This document shows positions 8,882 to 17,847 of a stretch of 54,544 nt of DNA, in pieces. The translations under genes were made by a program, and so were the position numbers. This DNA comes from a virus: the IMG/VR virus record IMGVR_UViG_3300045996_001382, positions 1 to 54,544 of that record; one strand, written 5' to 3'. The notes beneath the pieces were generated by a model. The model was not told the origin of the DNA. It searched no databases and saw only the letters and a list, made by a program, of their open reading frames with translations. Position 1 is the stretch's first letter. Each line of letters begins with the position of its first letter.

Positions 8882-10594
8882 TTAACTTTTCTTTTTGGGC
8901 GCCGTTGTGCCAGATGTTTGCTCGGGTTCTGGTTCGGGAACTATACCTAGCGAATCAACTGTCTTTTGTTCCTCAGCTAACTTTTTAACGTTAGACGCCC
9001 AATCACCAAAACCAGCCGCCTCAGTAGCTTGCTCATGACTGATCAGCGGAACATTTGCCGCGTCGGTACCCATCGCCAGGCGAATGGCATTCATTTCTTT
9101 AACAGGGTCAATATGTGGCATATTAATTCCGGTGAACTTGGCATTGCTGTAGGCTTCAACCACATCCATGTTTCCTTTTTCTTTGGCTTCAATATACCCG
9201 TTGGCCTCAACTTTATTTTTCAAGATGTGTACATACAGCCAAACGTTATAAACCGGTTGATAAAAATCTTCGACCAACCTTTTGCGATGGATGTCAACAA
9301 TATATCCCCAAGCATTTATTGCGGCCCGGGATGCGGAGTAGTTTGAATTGTATTGTTGCATGGCAACTTCTGGTGGTATGTCCGCGGCAGCACAAAACTG
9401 CACAAACATCGACCGGAAGAACGGGTCATAATTGATTTCGCTATTGCTGGCAACAGTTTTAAGTTCGGAATCAACTGGCAAGTTATGAACCTGGATGTTT
9501 TCGGTTATGGCAATTTGTTTAGCCGCCGCCTCCCCAAGTAGTCCACCATCCAATCCGTCAATTCCATTTCTTTGCCTGATATTTGTAACCAGGTGACTTT
9601 CACCTGTAGAGGTTTTTCCATGTTGCAAAACATGGACCACGCTTGCCCTCTGCTCCGCGGTAGCCACAGTAGCGTTGGTGTATCTTTCCAAAACTGTAAC
9701 TGGTTCAAGAATAGCAGAAATTTCAGGAATACCCCTAACGTGATCAATTCGGTGTTTGATTCCGTAGGACATCCAGGCCATTAAGCAACCTGTTTTTGGC
9801 TCATAAGCTTCAATTCGTTCATACGATGGAATGTTACCGATCAATCCTGTAGTATCTTTGCTATTGATTGCACTTTTTTTAACGTAAAAGGCGATATGTT
9901 TGCCAGATTTATCAATTTCAACCCCATCGATAATCACATTTCCACGATCGGTAGCTCCCTGCATGAAGGAGTTTTCCAATGTAGGCGTATTGATATGTTG
10001 GCCATCGATAATCTGGGTGGTGACATTATAGGTTTTTTTATCAACCCGCACAATGGTCAGCACGTCCCCACCAATAAATTTGCCAGAAAAGTTATTTTGG
10101 GCATTTTGATGGGCGCTTCCCATTCCTGAGAAGTCCGATTGTTTGGATTTCACCCACCTGTCCCAATATTCTTCAACATTCTGTGTAAAATCAGTAAAGT
10201 TTTCTTTTACTTTTTCAAGATTCAAAAGCCGTTCAAGTGGTTCAGATTGCAGCTTTAGTCCGTTACCAACCACCCATTTGAAGAATTTGCTGGTAATGAT
10301 CTTGATGATCGGGTTCGTCAGACTGGCTTCGTAGGCACGGAATCGTAAAGCCCGATAATCTGGAAACAGGTTCATTGGGTTTCCCAAGGCACCGGCATTC
10401 TTTTCGCCGTTGTAAACGCCGTTGATTATCGGAACAGGCCCGGTATTTGAATAAACAGAACCATTACCGGCAAATCCACCATACCAATTTTTTGTTTCCC
10501 TGGACGGCTCTTGCTCTACTGGTTCATCTGTCTTAGTAACAAACTTTTCTTGAAGTTCTGCCCTGAATTTATCGTTGATTGTTAACATCCGCAA
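8882..10594 (-). CDS. Portal protein, lambda (gpB) family
   Basis: 570-aa ORF between the gpW-like gene and the S49 protease, downstream of GpA-type TerL. This is lambda-type order A-W-B-C. Confidence 0.75.
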   Translation of the reverse strand: MRMLTINDKFRAELQEKFVTKTDEPVEQEPSRETKNWYGGFAGNGSVYSNTGPVPIINGVYNGEKNAGALGNPMNLFPDYRALRFRAYEASLTNPIIKIITSKFFKWVVGNGLKLQSEPLERLLNLEKVKENFTDFTQNVEEYWDRWVKSKQSDFSGMGSAHQNAQNNFSGKFIGGDVLTIVRVDKKTYNVTTQIIDGQHINTPTLENSFMQGATDRGNVIIDGVEIDKSGKHIAFYVKKSAINSKDTTGLIGNIPSYERIEAYEPKTGCLMAWMSYGIKHRIDHVRGIPEISAILEPVTVLERYTNATVATAEQRASVVHVLQHGKTSTGESHLVTNIRQRNGIDGLDGGLLGEAAAKQIAITENIQVHNLPVDSELKTVASNSEINYDPFFRSMFVQFCAAADIPPEVAMQQYNSNYSASRAAINAWGYIVDIHRKRLVEDFYQPVYNVWLYVHILKNKVEANGYIEAKEKGNMDVVEAYSNAKFTGINMPHIDPVKEMNAIRLAMGTDAANVPLISHEQATEAAGFGDWASNVKKLAEEQKTVDSLGIVPEPEPEQTSGTTAPKKKS

Positions 10595-10941
10595 TACCCT
10601 CCATAGCCATAGCCGCCGCGTAACGTAGATTTCGATCTCAGAACAGTTGTACGGCCATTAAGCCTGTTGATGTACATTTGTTGCATCTTTTCCAACGCGG
10701 TATTAGCGGCAATTATTGAATTTGTCGTGTCGTAGCTTACTTTGATTCGCACCTGTCCATCATCCAACTCATACATGGCCGTTCCGGCGGTACTACCAGA
10801 TACTGCGTTGCCAATCAAAGCAATGTTATTCATGATGATCACATCTATTGCGGCTATCTTTTCGCGAAGGCTGCACTTACTGGCTATGTACTCATTTGGG
10901 GTGTATTCAGTAAATCCACACATGGTAATTCGTTTTAACAA
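10582..10941 (-). CDS. gpW-like head-tail joining protein with Gly/Tyr/Cys-rich tail
   Basis: 119-aa ORF directly upstream of the portal gene and overlapping it by 13 nt. The C-terminus is RGGYGYGGYCGC. Confidence 0.45.
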   Translation of the reverse strand: MLKRITMCGFTEYTPNEYIASKCSLREKIAAIDVIIMNNIALIGNAVSGSTAGTAMYELDDGQVRIKVSYDTTNSIIAANTALEKMQQMYINRLNGRTTVLRSKSTLRGGYGYGGYCGC

Positions 10942-10961
10942 ACGTAAATATTAATTTCCAC

Positions 10962-10995
10962 AAAAAAAAGCCTCACATTACTGCGAGACTTTTTT
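10962..10995. terminator. Bidirectional terminator-like hairpin
   Basis: A8-GCCTCACA-ttac-TGCGAGAC-T6. On the minus-strand RNA the stem is 8 bp including two G:U pairs, followed by U8. Confidence 0.55.
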
Positions 10996-11110
10996 ACACA
11001 TGGGTCGGGAAACGGAAATGATGGTTAAAGTTTCATAATTAAACAATTTCTGAGATTCGTTTTATTAGTGACTGCTAATGTAGAAATCAGTTTTGATATA
11101 TGCAAATAAA

Positions 11111-11136
11111 AAAGCCCGGAATATTTACCGGGCTTT
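11111..11136 (-). terminator. Rho-independent terminator downstream of the tRNA
   Basis: The minus strand reads AAAGCCCGG-taaatatt-CCGGGCTTT followed by TTTATTTG. Confidence 0.6.
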
Positions 11137-11286
11137 CATGCAAATTAATCGATATCGGATGTATTGTTACTAATTGGCTTTAAGTATCATTTCCTATAAG
11201 CTGCATTGGTAGAGAAATGACAAACCTACCTGCCCATTTAATCACGAAATAAAACCAATCATACATCCTGTCTTGGCTATGTGTTG

Positions 11287-11359
<73 letters not shown>

Positions 11360-11367
11360 ATGTTATG

Positions 11368-11398
11368 CAAGTATAAAAAACATTTTCTTAATTTCAAA
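11368..11398 (-). promoter_or_regulatory. Bacteroidota-type promoter (TTTG-N19-TATACTTG) for the tRNA
   Basis: The minus strand has TTTG (11398-11395), a 19-nt spacer, then TATACTTG (11375-11368). The -7 box ends 8 nt before the mature tRNA 5' end. Confidence 0.5.
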
Positions 11399-11409
11399 GT
11401 TATGATTTT

Positions 11410-11577
11410 ATGACAATAGAAAATATTTGGATAGTAGTGGCAACGATAGTTTTCACACTTTCGGCTTTTAGTTATCCGGTTTCTGCACCCTACTATTGGG
11501 GCTTTCGCGGATTTTCAATTATTCTGGCGATAGTTGGTTGGATTTTAATTATTCTTAATTTATTCCTGCGCCAATAA
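11410..11577 (+). CDS. Hypothetical 55-aa two-TM membrane peptide (opposite strand, inside the late region)
   Basis: ATG..TAA ORF found by hand (MTIENIWIVVATIVFTLSAF...ILAIVGWILIILNLFLRQ). Two hydrophobic helices. It is too short for the ORF track. Confidence 0.3.
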   Translation: MTIENIWIVVATIVFTLSAFSYPVSAPYYWGFRGFSIILAIVGWILIILNLFLRQ

Positions 11578-11609
11578 AAAAAAATGTGGCCTCCTTGCGA
11601 AAGCTACAT
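11575..11609 (-). terminator. Terminator-like hairpin plus U9 after the large terminase gene
   Basis: The minus strand reads ATGTAGC-tttcgcaaggag-GCCACAT followed by T9. The stem has one A-C mismatch. Confidence 0.45.
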
Positions 11610-11671
11610 CCCCTAATTTAATCAAAACATCTTGAAAGCACAAAAACTTGTAGCAAGCCAAATATATAAAT

Positions 11672-13744
11672 TTATTCTGTTACCAACAAAACAAATTCTT
11701 CCCAGGTTATATTTTTGTACTGTGGATGCTCCCTGCGAATTAAATCCAGATAGATGTGAACCGCGCATAAATTGTAAATCCTAACATCCCAAAAGTGATT
11801 TACTACGGTGCTATGCTTTTTATCCCAACGGAAACCGACAACCTGATCAGATTTATCCTTCACTTCCTTGCGGGCCTCACCTTCAAAATGGGAGAAGTAG
11901 CCTGGATAGCTGTATTTTCCTTCATTCTGCTGCGGGTAGTTCATGAAACCGGATGGTTGGCTACCGCCTTCGCCTTTTTGCAAATTCATGTTTGCGGCCA
12001 GGTCATCTTTCATCTGGTTTACTTCCACCGTGTAAAGTTGCTTTGGCTTTTCAACCGACCTTCTCACCGGCGCTGAATCCCTTTGCAATGGGCGGTACTT
12101 GATATCGGTACGGCCCTTAACGCCATAAACCTTGTAACCTTCTTCCTGCATATCAATCACAAATTGGGTAGCATGCTTTTCAAAAAACCCCGTATCTACA
12201 ACCGTCAAATCAATCGGAAAGTCGTGCCCATCCTCTGATTTATAAATCTTGTTTAATATTTCCCGGAAGTAAGGCCAAACAGAATCAGGATCCTTCATGC
12301 CCTTAGCGTAAGTAAATTTCTTGCGCTCCGCTTTATCGTAGGCTTTATCATTTTTTCGCTCAAAGGTTCTTTTGAAAGTACCGATACTTCCCTGATCGAC
12401 CGAGTAAGTTACACCTGTTGCAGCATGAGCAACAATCTCCCAATCTAAACGAACATCCTGATTTTCTCCATCCATCACGCCACCTAAATCGCATGCCAGC
12501 GTCACCAAAACTATTTTGCCATTGCCATCGTCGTCGCTGGTTCTGTCCGGAATTGTGCCATGGTGGTAGTTGCGGACATTTTGCATTAACGCGGTTGATT
12601 TTGGTGCGTCACCCTGATCTTCAAACGGAAGGCCCAAGCGAACGTTGTTGAAAGGAATCAGCAAACTGATATTTGCCCGCTGCCCTGCAGGGTTAGCCTT
12701 TAGCCATTCCTGGACCAACTTAACCCAACCGGTAAAACCTGGCGGCTGAGTAATTGCATTGGTAGAATAGCTTTCGTGTAAATCTTCCAGCGGTTCTTCC
12801 ACAGTAGATATCCACGTACCGTTCTGGTTCAATTCGTATTTATCTTTTTCCTGCGTAACCTCACCGCAATGCGGGCATCGGAAAGCAACTGATTCGTTGA
12901 TCAATCTGCCCTTACCATCGGTACGCCAGATGATGCCGGCCAGAGAATTATCTTCCAAAACAATTTTCCAATCCATTGGCATGTATGCACTGCAATTCCA
13001 ACATGGCCAGTTCCACTTCTTTTGGGTCCCGAGCTGGTATTGTTGCCAAATCTGCGATGTGTTGGTATCGGTTGGCGTGGATATAAAAAAGGTTTTCGCG
13101 CTATCACCGAATGAGTTTTGGCGGCCCTCTATCAACGACCTAACGGATCCCTCACCACCCAGATTGACGGGCGCGGTATCAAAATCATCTATCAGGCCAA
13201 GCTTTGCGGACCAGTAACGGAAGAAATCGGCACTACCTGTAGCACCTATGGTCAATGTACCACCTGGAAACTCTTTTGACTGAGCCGTATCGCCTGTTCG
13301 TTGGTTTCCCTTTTTTACAGCATGTGGGCGGATAAGGTGATCAAGTTTGCTCGATCTTAAAATCGTGTCAATACGTTCCTCAATGGTTTTTTTTGCAAGC
13401 AATAAGTTACCAGCGGTGAAGGCCATGTTATTCGGGTCAATCGCCATGGTGTATAACATTGCCGGTACCACCACACTTTGCGTACAACCGTTCTGAGCAG
13501 ATTTTAAAATTGACACATACCGGACCGGGCTTGTTTCGTGCAAGTGGTTTATTGGTTCGCGCCAATAGGGTGTAAGGTCGTAACTGAATTTACCTGAGTA
13601 TCTGGAAACGTTATCCGGGATGATCAGCGTTTTTTCTGCCCATTCGGAAGGCAATGGCTTAACCATCGAATAGCTGAAAATATCTTTGTTGATATCAATC
13701 AGGGTATTCTTCCATGCTTCGGCTACAACTTCATTTGCTATCAA
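11672..13744 (-). CDS. Terminase large subunit, GpA (lambda A) family
   Basis: 690-aa ORF. It has the N-terminal region YDLTPYWREPINHL...ILKSAQNGCTQ (P-loop-like KSAQxGxT) and the internal zinc-finger-like CWNC...CPHCGE typical of GpA-type terminases. Confidence 0.9.
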   Translation of the reverse strand: MIANEVVAEAWKNTLIDINKDIFSYSMVKPLPSEWAEKTLIIPDNVSRYSGKFSYDLTPYWREPINHLHETSPVRYVSILKSAQNGCTQSVVVPAMLYTMAIDPNNMAFTAGNLLLAKKTIEERIDTILRSSKLDHLIRPHAVKKGNQRTGDTAQSKEFPGGTLTIGATGSADFFRYWSAKLGLIDDFDTAPVNLGGEGSVRSLIEGRQNSFGDSAKTFFISTPTDTNTSQIWQQYQLGTQKKWNWPCWNCSAYMPMDWKIVLEDNSLAGIIWRTDGKGRLINESVAFRCPHCGEVTQEKDKYELNQNGTWISTVEEPLEDLHESYSTNAITQPPGFTGWVKLVQEWLKANPAGQRANISLLIPFNNVRLGLPFEDQGDAPKSTALMQNVRNYHHGTIPDRTSDDDGNGKIVLVTLACDLGGVMDGENQDVRLDWEIVAHAATGVTYSVDQGSIGTFKRTFERKNDKAYDKAERKKFTYAKGMKDPDSVWPYFREILNKIYKSEDGHDFPIDLTVVDTGFFEKHATQFVIDMQEEGYKVYGVKGRTDIKYRPLQRDSAPVRRSVEKPKQLYTVEVNQMKDDLAANMNLQKGEGGSQPSGFMNYPQQNEGKYSYPGYFSHFEGEARKEVKDKSDQVVGFRWDKKHSTVVNHFWDVRIYNLCAVHIYLDLIRREHPQYKNITWEEFVLLVTE

Positions 13745-13973
13745 CTTTTCGTTCCTCCATCAATTCGGTGATAAATTGAGATATCTCATTCAGGCAAGCT
13801 ACATCAAAAAGCGTCATAGCAAAAGGGAAGAACGCATAACGCCGCCAACCTGGATGCCACTTTATGTAGGCAAGTTTGCCACCTGAGTTGTTTCCTACGC
13901 CAATTAATTTTGTTTTACCCTTAGATGGCAAAAGAGTAAAGTTCAAAAACTTTGTTTGTTTCAAAAGTGTCAT
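13731..13973 (-). CDS. Hypothetical protein
   Basis: 80-aa ORF overlapping both neighbours by a few nt in the packaging operon. Confidence 0.45.
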   Translation of the reverse strand: MTLLKQTKFLNFTLLPSKGKTKLIGVGNNSGGKLAYIKWHPGWRRYAFFPFAMTLFDVACLNEISQFITELMEERKVDSK

Positions 13974-14659
13974 ACGCGTCTCTGTCCCCTGTTAAGTTGT
14001 TGTGAAAATTCGTCTACCAATATCGTAATTTCTTCCTCAGACATTTCGCCTGCCGCCACAATGCAATCACTCAACGTTTTTTTTGCCATACCCAAAAATT
14101 TACCATGAACCTTTGGGTCGCCACCAGATGTAGTTTGTACGATGATGGTGAGTAAGGTTTCAATGCCGCGCTCAAAGCTTTTAATGATGGAATCCGAATG
14201 CCGTTTAAGCACGCCCTTCACCAAATCAACCGGTATCAATTGACCGGCAGCTTTGTTCAGCGCCAATAGCTTTTGTTGCTTCGCCAGCTCCAAATTCTCT
14301 ATTTCAAGCGCTTTTTTTTGCATATCCTGGTCAACCCGGGCCTGGTTTTTCTGCAATTGCTCAACAATTTGCTTGTCTTTTTGCTGCACTTCTTTCGGCT
14401 GAACACCCGTTTTTGGCTTATTTACCCGCTTACTTTTGGGTATTACTGACACATCCTGAGTAGCTACCGCTTGCAATTTAGCGGCATTTTGAGCCTTTTT
14501 AGCCTCAATAAACAACGCATTTATCGGGTCATCGGTGTCCAGAAGCTTCTTATTATCGGGCAAATGCGATACATTTCGCCTGGAAATGAACACATTTAGC
14601 TGCATTGCGTCAGGAAAACCGCATAATTCGGCAAATTCTTTACGGGTTACGATTGGCAT
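13970..14659 (-). CDS. Putative DNA-binding protein / small terminase candidate
   Basis: 229-aa ORF upstream of TerL. It has an N-terminal HTH-like segment (TRKEFAELCGFPDAMQLNVFISRRN) and a central coiled-coil. Confidence 0.35.
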   Translation of the reverse strand: MPIVTRKEFAELCGFPDAMQLNVFISRRNVSHLPDNKKLLDTDDPINALFIEAKKAQNAAKLQAVATQDVSVIPKSKRVNKPKTGVQPKEVQQKDKQIVEQLQKNQARVDQDMQKKALEIENLELAKQQKLLALNKAAGQLIPVDLVKGVLKRHSDSIIKSFERGIETLLTIIVQTTSGGDPKVHGKFLGMAKKTLSDCIVAAGEMSEEEITILVDEFSQQLNRGQRRV

Positions 14660-14901
14660 TAAAATTCAGGTATTTCGGTAACGTAAATCTCAGGCATAAA
14701 CTCTCTGCCCTTATTTTCATCGAGATATTTCTTTCTTCCATCGGCATCATACTCAATTGCCCTTGAATGAACGACAAGTTTTAAAATCTTATACCGTTTG
14801 CCATTAAAATTAAAAACTTCGCCCTCTTTTAGTGGGCGGTAAAAAACTTCAATCATTGCAAATAATTCGGGATTTCCGAATAAAAATAGCTTGTATTCCA
14901 T
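14659..14901 (-). CDS. Hypothetical protein
   Basis: 80-aa ORF, start/stop-coupled to its neighbour. Confidence 0.5.
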   Translation of the reverse strand: MEYKLFLFGNPELFAMIEVFYRPLKEGEVFNFNGKRYKILKLVVHSRAIEYDADGRKKYLDENKGREFMPEIYVTEIPEF

Positions 14902-14903
14902 GG

Positions 14904-15347
14904 TTATTTCAATAAAAGTTGTTTAAAATCATCGTTTTTTAGCTTCTCGTAGTAGGTTTTTTTGCCATCACTCAGATATGGGAAGAACACTTCCAAAACC
15001 TCTGCCTGTTCCAATCTTATCATGGTAATCTGAATTTCTACCCATTCAGCCAGTATCTTCCACGCCGTTATTTCTGCCTGCTCTGACACAATTTGAAGTG
15101 ACCTTTCAGTTGGTTTTTGATACTCAGCAAGAAATAGTTTTTCCAATGGTTTTATTCTGGCCGGCAGTTGAAAGGTTAGCATTTTGCCGTCCATAGGCAA
15201 AATAAAAGCGATTGCTTCACAAGTACCGTTATCGGCAAATGTCTGCATGATGTTTTTGGCTCCGGCAGATACCAACAACTTTTGTATTTTTGCCAAAGAA
15301 GTTGCCGCGGGTATTTTGCTGGTGTAATTTTTTATGTTAACTGCCAT
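14904..15347 (-). CDS. Hypothetical protein
   Basis: 147-aa ORF in the co-directional string. No motif recognised. Confidence 0.55.
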   Translation of the reverse strand: MAVNIKNYTSKIPAATSLAKIQKLLVSAGAKNIMQTFADNGTCEAIAFILPMDGKMLTFQLPARIKPLEKLFLAEYQKPTERSLQIVSEQAEITAWKILAEWVEIQITMIRLEQAEVLEVFFPYLSDGKKTYYEKLKNDDFKQLLLK

Positions 15348-15466
15348 TACCGATTGATTTTAGTAAAAGTTCCTGCAGGACAATCCCATCCTACACGCGC
15401 CCAAAGGCCATCCATGAATATGCGGCGAATGCCTCTGGTGATATTTCGTTTTTGTTGCGCGGTCAT
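15347..15466 (-). CDS. Hypothetical 39-aa peptide
   Basis: Hand-found ORF ([39 protein letters not shown]) that fills the gap. It has a TAATG overlap with the next gene. Confidence 0.3.
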   Translation of the reverse strand: MTAQQKRNITRGIRRIFMDGLWARVGWDCPAGTFTKINR

Positions 15467-15468
15467 GG

Positions 15469-15798
15469 CTAATCGTCGCTGGCTAAATCGTATTTGTGAA
15501 CAATATCAGATATCACCATCTTAGTGCGGCATTCCATCCACATACCTTCTGTCTTACCCGAAGTGTGGTAATGCGTTTCGCCTTTTTGGATGACGTACCT
15601 CTCTGCAACGTACTGTTCCAGAATTTTTATCTCGTCACCGGTGATGCCATATTTTTTTGCCTGTATTCGGTTGATTGAATCATGGCCGCCATTTAGACCT
15701 GGGGTGATGATATGGCAAAGTTGCAAATGATCTGCCCATTCGCAAGTATATTCCTTGCGGGCCTTTACGGTTTTGTTTTTGTAGAAATCCCAACTCAT
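15469..15798 (-). CDS. Hypothetical protein
   Basis: 109-aa ORF. A minus-strand TATATTTG box lies at 15819-15826 just upstream. Confidence 0.55.
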   Translation of the reverse strand: MSWDFYKNKTVKARKEYTCEWADHLQLCHIITPGLNGGHDSINRIQAKKYGITGDEIKILEQYVAERYVIQKGETHYHTSGKTEGMWMECRTKMVISDIVHKYDLASDD

Positions 15799-15847
15799 AA
15801 TTCAGAAGTTTAATTTATCAAATATAAAAATATAACATAACAAAGTG

Positions 15848-16759
15848 TTATAAACTTAAAAATAATTCTTTTTTAGCTTCTACTAAGTAGGCTAATTCCA
15901 ACTCATTTATCTCGACTTCCTGTAAAAAAGCCTTTAAAGTCAGGTACTTAGCTTTCGCCTTTACCATAACGGCAATGTCGCCTGGCAGCGGAGTTTCCTT
16001 CTCAACGCACTCGGTTATCACATCAATTATGCGTTTTAGTGGCTTACGGTGGTAATCTTCAACTATAACAGAAAGCTTTAACTGCTGATCACGGATGACA
16101 CACTGAGCTGCCTCGGCCAGAAATTCATACTTCTCATTGGTAGTAAAATTTATCAGTTTCAATTTATCACAAAAGTCATACAGACTTGGTGCGTTTACCT
16201 CAAAATTATGACCATTTTTTAGCTTATCCATCGCGCCCAGAAGATTGGTTTTGTAAAGATTAAATTCCGTTTCGGCCCCAGGTTTAACAGTGGGCGTGGA
16301 AACAGGTTTTAACAACTCTTTTGCAGTGTTAACCCGCTTTTCAGAATCCATGTACGACCGGCAAAACCTCACAAACTCAGCGACATTCAAGCCGTAATAT
16401 TCCCCATACTCCTTGCAGGTACCACGCTCAATAGCCAACGCAACTTCCTTCAATCGCATAGATGGGAACAGTCGTTTTAAACTTCCCGGAAGCCTGGATA
16501 AAATATATTCCACTTCCTCGTTTAAGCTTTCATCGGCCTTCCTGGATAAATCCGCAAAGGCAATCGAAACCGAGCCGCCGCAAATTTTAATTACATCGGC
16601 ATCCGAACAGTCAAATAATTTTGGCGAATCAAAAGCCGAAACAATTTCTTTATCAACTGGCGCTATTGTTTTTTGCTGCTGCGACTGCGAGGGCCTTGTC
16701 AACTGCTGATTGTCCTGCTTCGGCAATACTTCTAATTCTTGATTTTTTTGGTCCTTCAT
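15848..16759 (-). CDS. Hypothetical protein (replication-module position)
   Basis: 303-aa ORF following the initiator-like gene. Its first ~35 codons overlap the upstream gene, so the true start is uncertain. Confidence 0.5.
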   Translation of the reverse strand: MKDQKNQELEVLPKQDNQQLTRPSQSQQQKTIAPVDKEIVSAFDSPKLFDCSDADVIKICGGSVSIAFADLSRKADESLNEEVEYILSRLPGSLKRLFPSMRLKEVALAIERGTCKEYGEYYGLNVAEFVRFCRSYMDSEKRVNTAKELLKPVSTPTVKPGAETEFNLYKTNLLGAMDKLKNGHNFEVNAPSLYDFCDKLKLINFTTNEKYEFLAEAAQCVIRDQQLKLSVIVEDYHRKPLKRIIDVITECVEKETPLPGDIAVMVKAKAKYLTLKAFLQEVEINELELAYLVEAKKELFLSL

Positions 16760-17414
16760 TTTGCTTGTTATTTTTATCGACTAAAATTATTTTTGGCAAC
16801 CACATCGTAAAATGCTTTACAATTTCGCCGGCCGTTTTATTATTCAATTCACCGATGTCAATTTTTTCATTGTAAAAACGCTCGAAAAATTTTTCAATTG
16901 AAAAAGCGTCAATATGGTGCGTCTCACAAAGCACTCTTTTATTTCTACTTTCATTAAAAAAAATAATTGCTTGCGCGTATTCTACTACTACTATATTGTT
17001 TATGGTTTCTTTGTTTACTTGTTTTATTATGGCAACAGTGCCGGTACTTTGCTTTGTCACGTGCCCAATCAGTGCTTTGTCAAGTGCTTTGTCAAGTGCT
17101 TTGTCAAATTTTGATAGGGCAATTATGTTCGCCATGTACTGATTTTTGGACTGACTAATCACTTTTATAAAGCCCCAATCGACCAAATCATTGAAACATT
17201 TTTTGTAAGTATTGTAAGAACTTATACCTACGGCAGCCATGGTATGATCTCTGGGTGCCCCAAAAGTCTTTACCCAACCAAGCCTGTTATTAAGTTCCAC
17301 AAACCAGATGTACATGCACCCATGATTTCCGGTAACTTTACCTGGATTCTCAAAAGCAAAATCAAACCACCTTCTATGGTAATCGTACCCCGAGGGTGTT
17401 TTATCTGTCGCCAT
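16653..17414 (-). CDS. Putative replication initiator / replisome-organiser-like protein
   Basis: 253-aa ORF with a winged-helix-like N-terminus (WFDFAFENPGKV...GISSYNTYKKCFNDLVDWGFIKV). It contains an iteron array plus an AT-rich tract in its coding sequence, the arrangement seen in lambda O. Confidence 0.4.
   Translation of the reverse strand: MATDKTPSGYDYHRRWFDFAFENPGKVTGNHGCMYIWFVELNNRLGWVKTFGAPRDHTMAAVGISSYNTYKKCFNDLVDWGFIKVISQSKNQYMANIIALSKFDKALDKALDKALIGHVTKQSTGTVAIIKQVNKETINNIVVVEYAQAIIFFNESRNKRVLCETHHIDAFSIEKFFERFYNEKIDIGELNNKTAGEIVKHFTMWLPKIILVDKNNKQNEGPKKSRIRSIAEAGQSAVDKALAVAAAKNNSAS
17050..17106. repeat. Iteron-like array: TGCTTTGTCA x4 (three perfect tandem 12-mers AGTGCTTTGTCA)
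   Basis: Copies at 17050-17059, 17071-17082, 17083-17094 and 17095-17106, encoding DKALDKALDKAL. An AT-rich tract lies at about 16955-17040. Confidence 0.8.
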
Positions 17415-17481
17415 TAAATACTGAATTTGTTATCATAAATTTCCCATTGTGTGAAACGCACTTAGCCAAAAAAAGAGCAAA

Positions 17482-17640
17482 TTAAGTTTTAATAAATTGC
17501 TTCCCACCAATTTTAATTACTTCAAGTTTCTTCTCTTTATCGGCCATCCAATTGTAGACAGTTCTGCGATCAACACCCATCAGGGTAGCGTACTCAGATA
17601 CCGAAAGAAGCTTAGTTATGTCCTGTTTTACTGCGGTCAT
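17482..17640 (-). CDS. Excisionase-family (HTH_17/MerR-like) DNA-binding protein, 52 aa
   Basis: Hand-found ORF MTAVKQDITKLLSVSEYATLMGVDRRTVYNWMADKEKKLEVIKIGGKQFIKT. The pattern is typical of Xis/AlpA-type HTH proteins. Confidence 0.7.
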   Translation of the reverse strand: MTAVKQDITKLLSVSEYATLMGVDRRTVYNWMADKEKKLEVIKIGGKQFIKT

Positions 17641-17662
17641 TCTTTATGGTTTTAATACACAC

Positions 17663-17670
17663 CAAACTTA
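17663..17670 (-). promoter_or_regulatory. -7 box TAAGTTTG (TAnnTTTG) upstream of the HTH gene
   Basis: The minus-strand TAAGTTTG ends 22 nt before the ATG at 17640. Confidence 0.35.
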
Positions 17671-17738
17671 TAAAAAAAGTTTTGATATTTCACAACCTGG
17701 GAAAGAAAAAAAATATAACAGCGCCCAAATAGGTGGAA

Positions 17739-17847
17739 AGTGTATTTTTCACGGGAGGCGTAACGTATTGCTGCCTGATATACAGGGGTTTACAGTACCT
17801 TTTCAAAGTGTATAGTGTACACTATTGCATTCGGTTTCAATACACTA
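17739..17847. promoter_or_regulatory. Operator-like cluster of AGTGTA(T/C) half-sites including a perfect 14-bp palindrome
   Basis: AGTGTAT at 17739-17745 and 17808-17814; ATAGTGTACACTAT at 17812-17825; inverted ATACACT at 17841-17847. Confidence 0.5.

Noticed and set aside
8688-8885. 65-aa plus-strand ORF between portal and protease
   Set aside because: It starts at a TTG inside a -7 promoter box, has no ATG, runs through a strong bidirectional terminator hairpin, and is the lone plus-strand ORF in a minus-strand operon.
17071-17106. Three perfect 12-bp tandem repeats as a CRISPR array or simple microsatellite
   Set aside because: There are no spacers, so they are not CRISPR. They are in frame within a coding gene and are accompanied by a fourth degenerate copy and an AT-rich tract, so an iteron interpretation is preferred.
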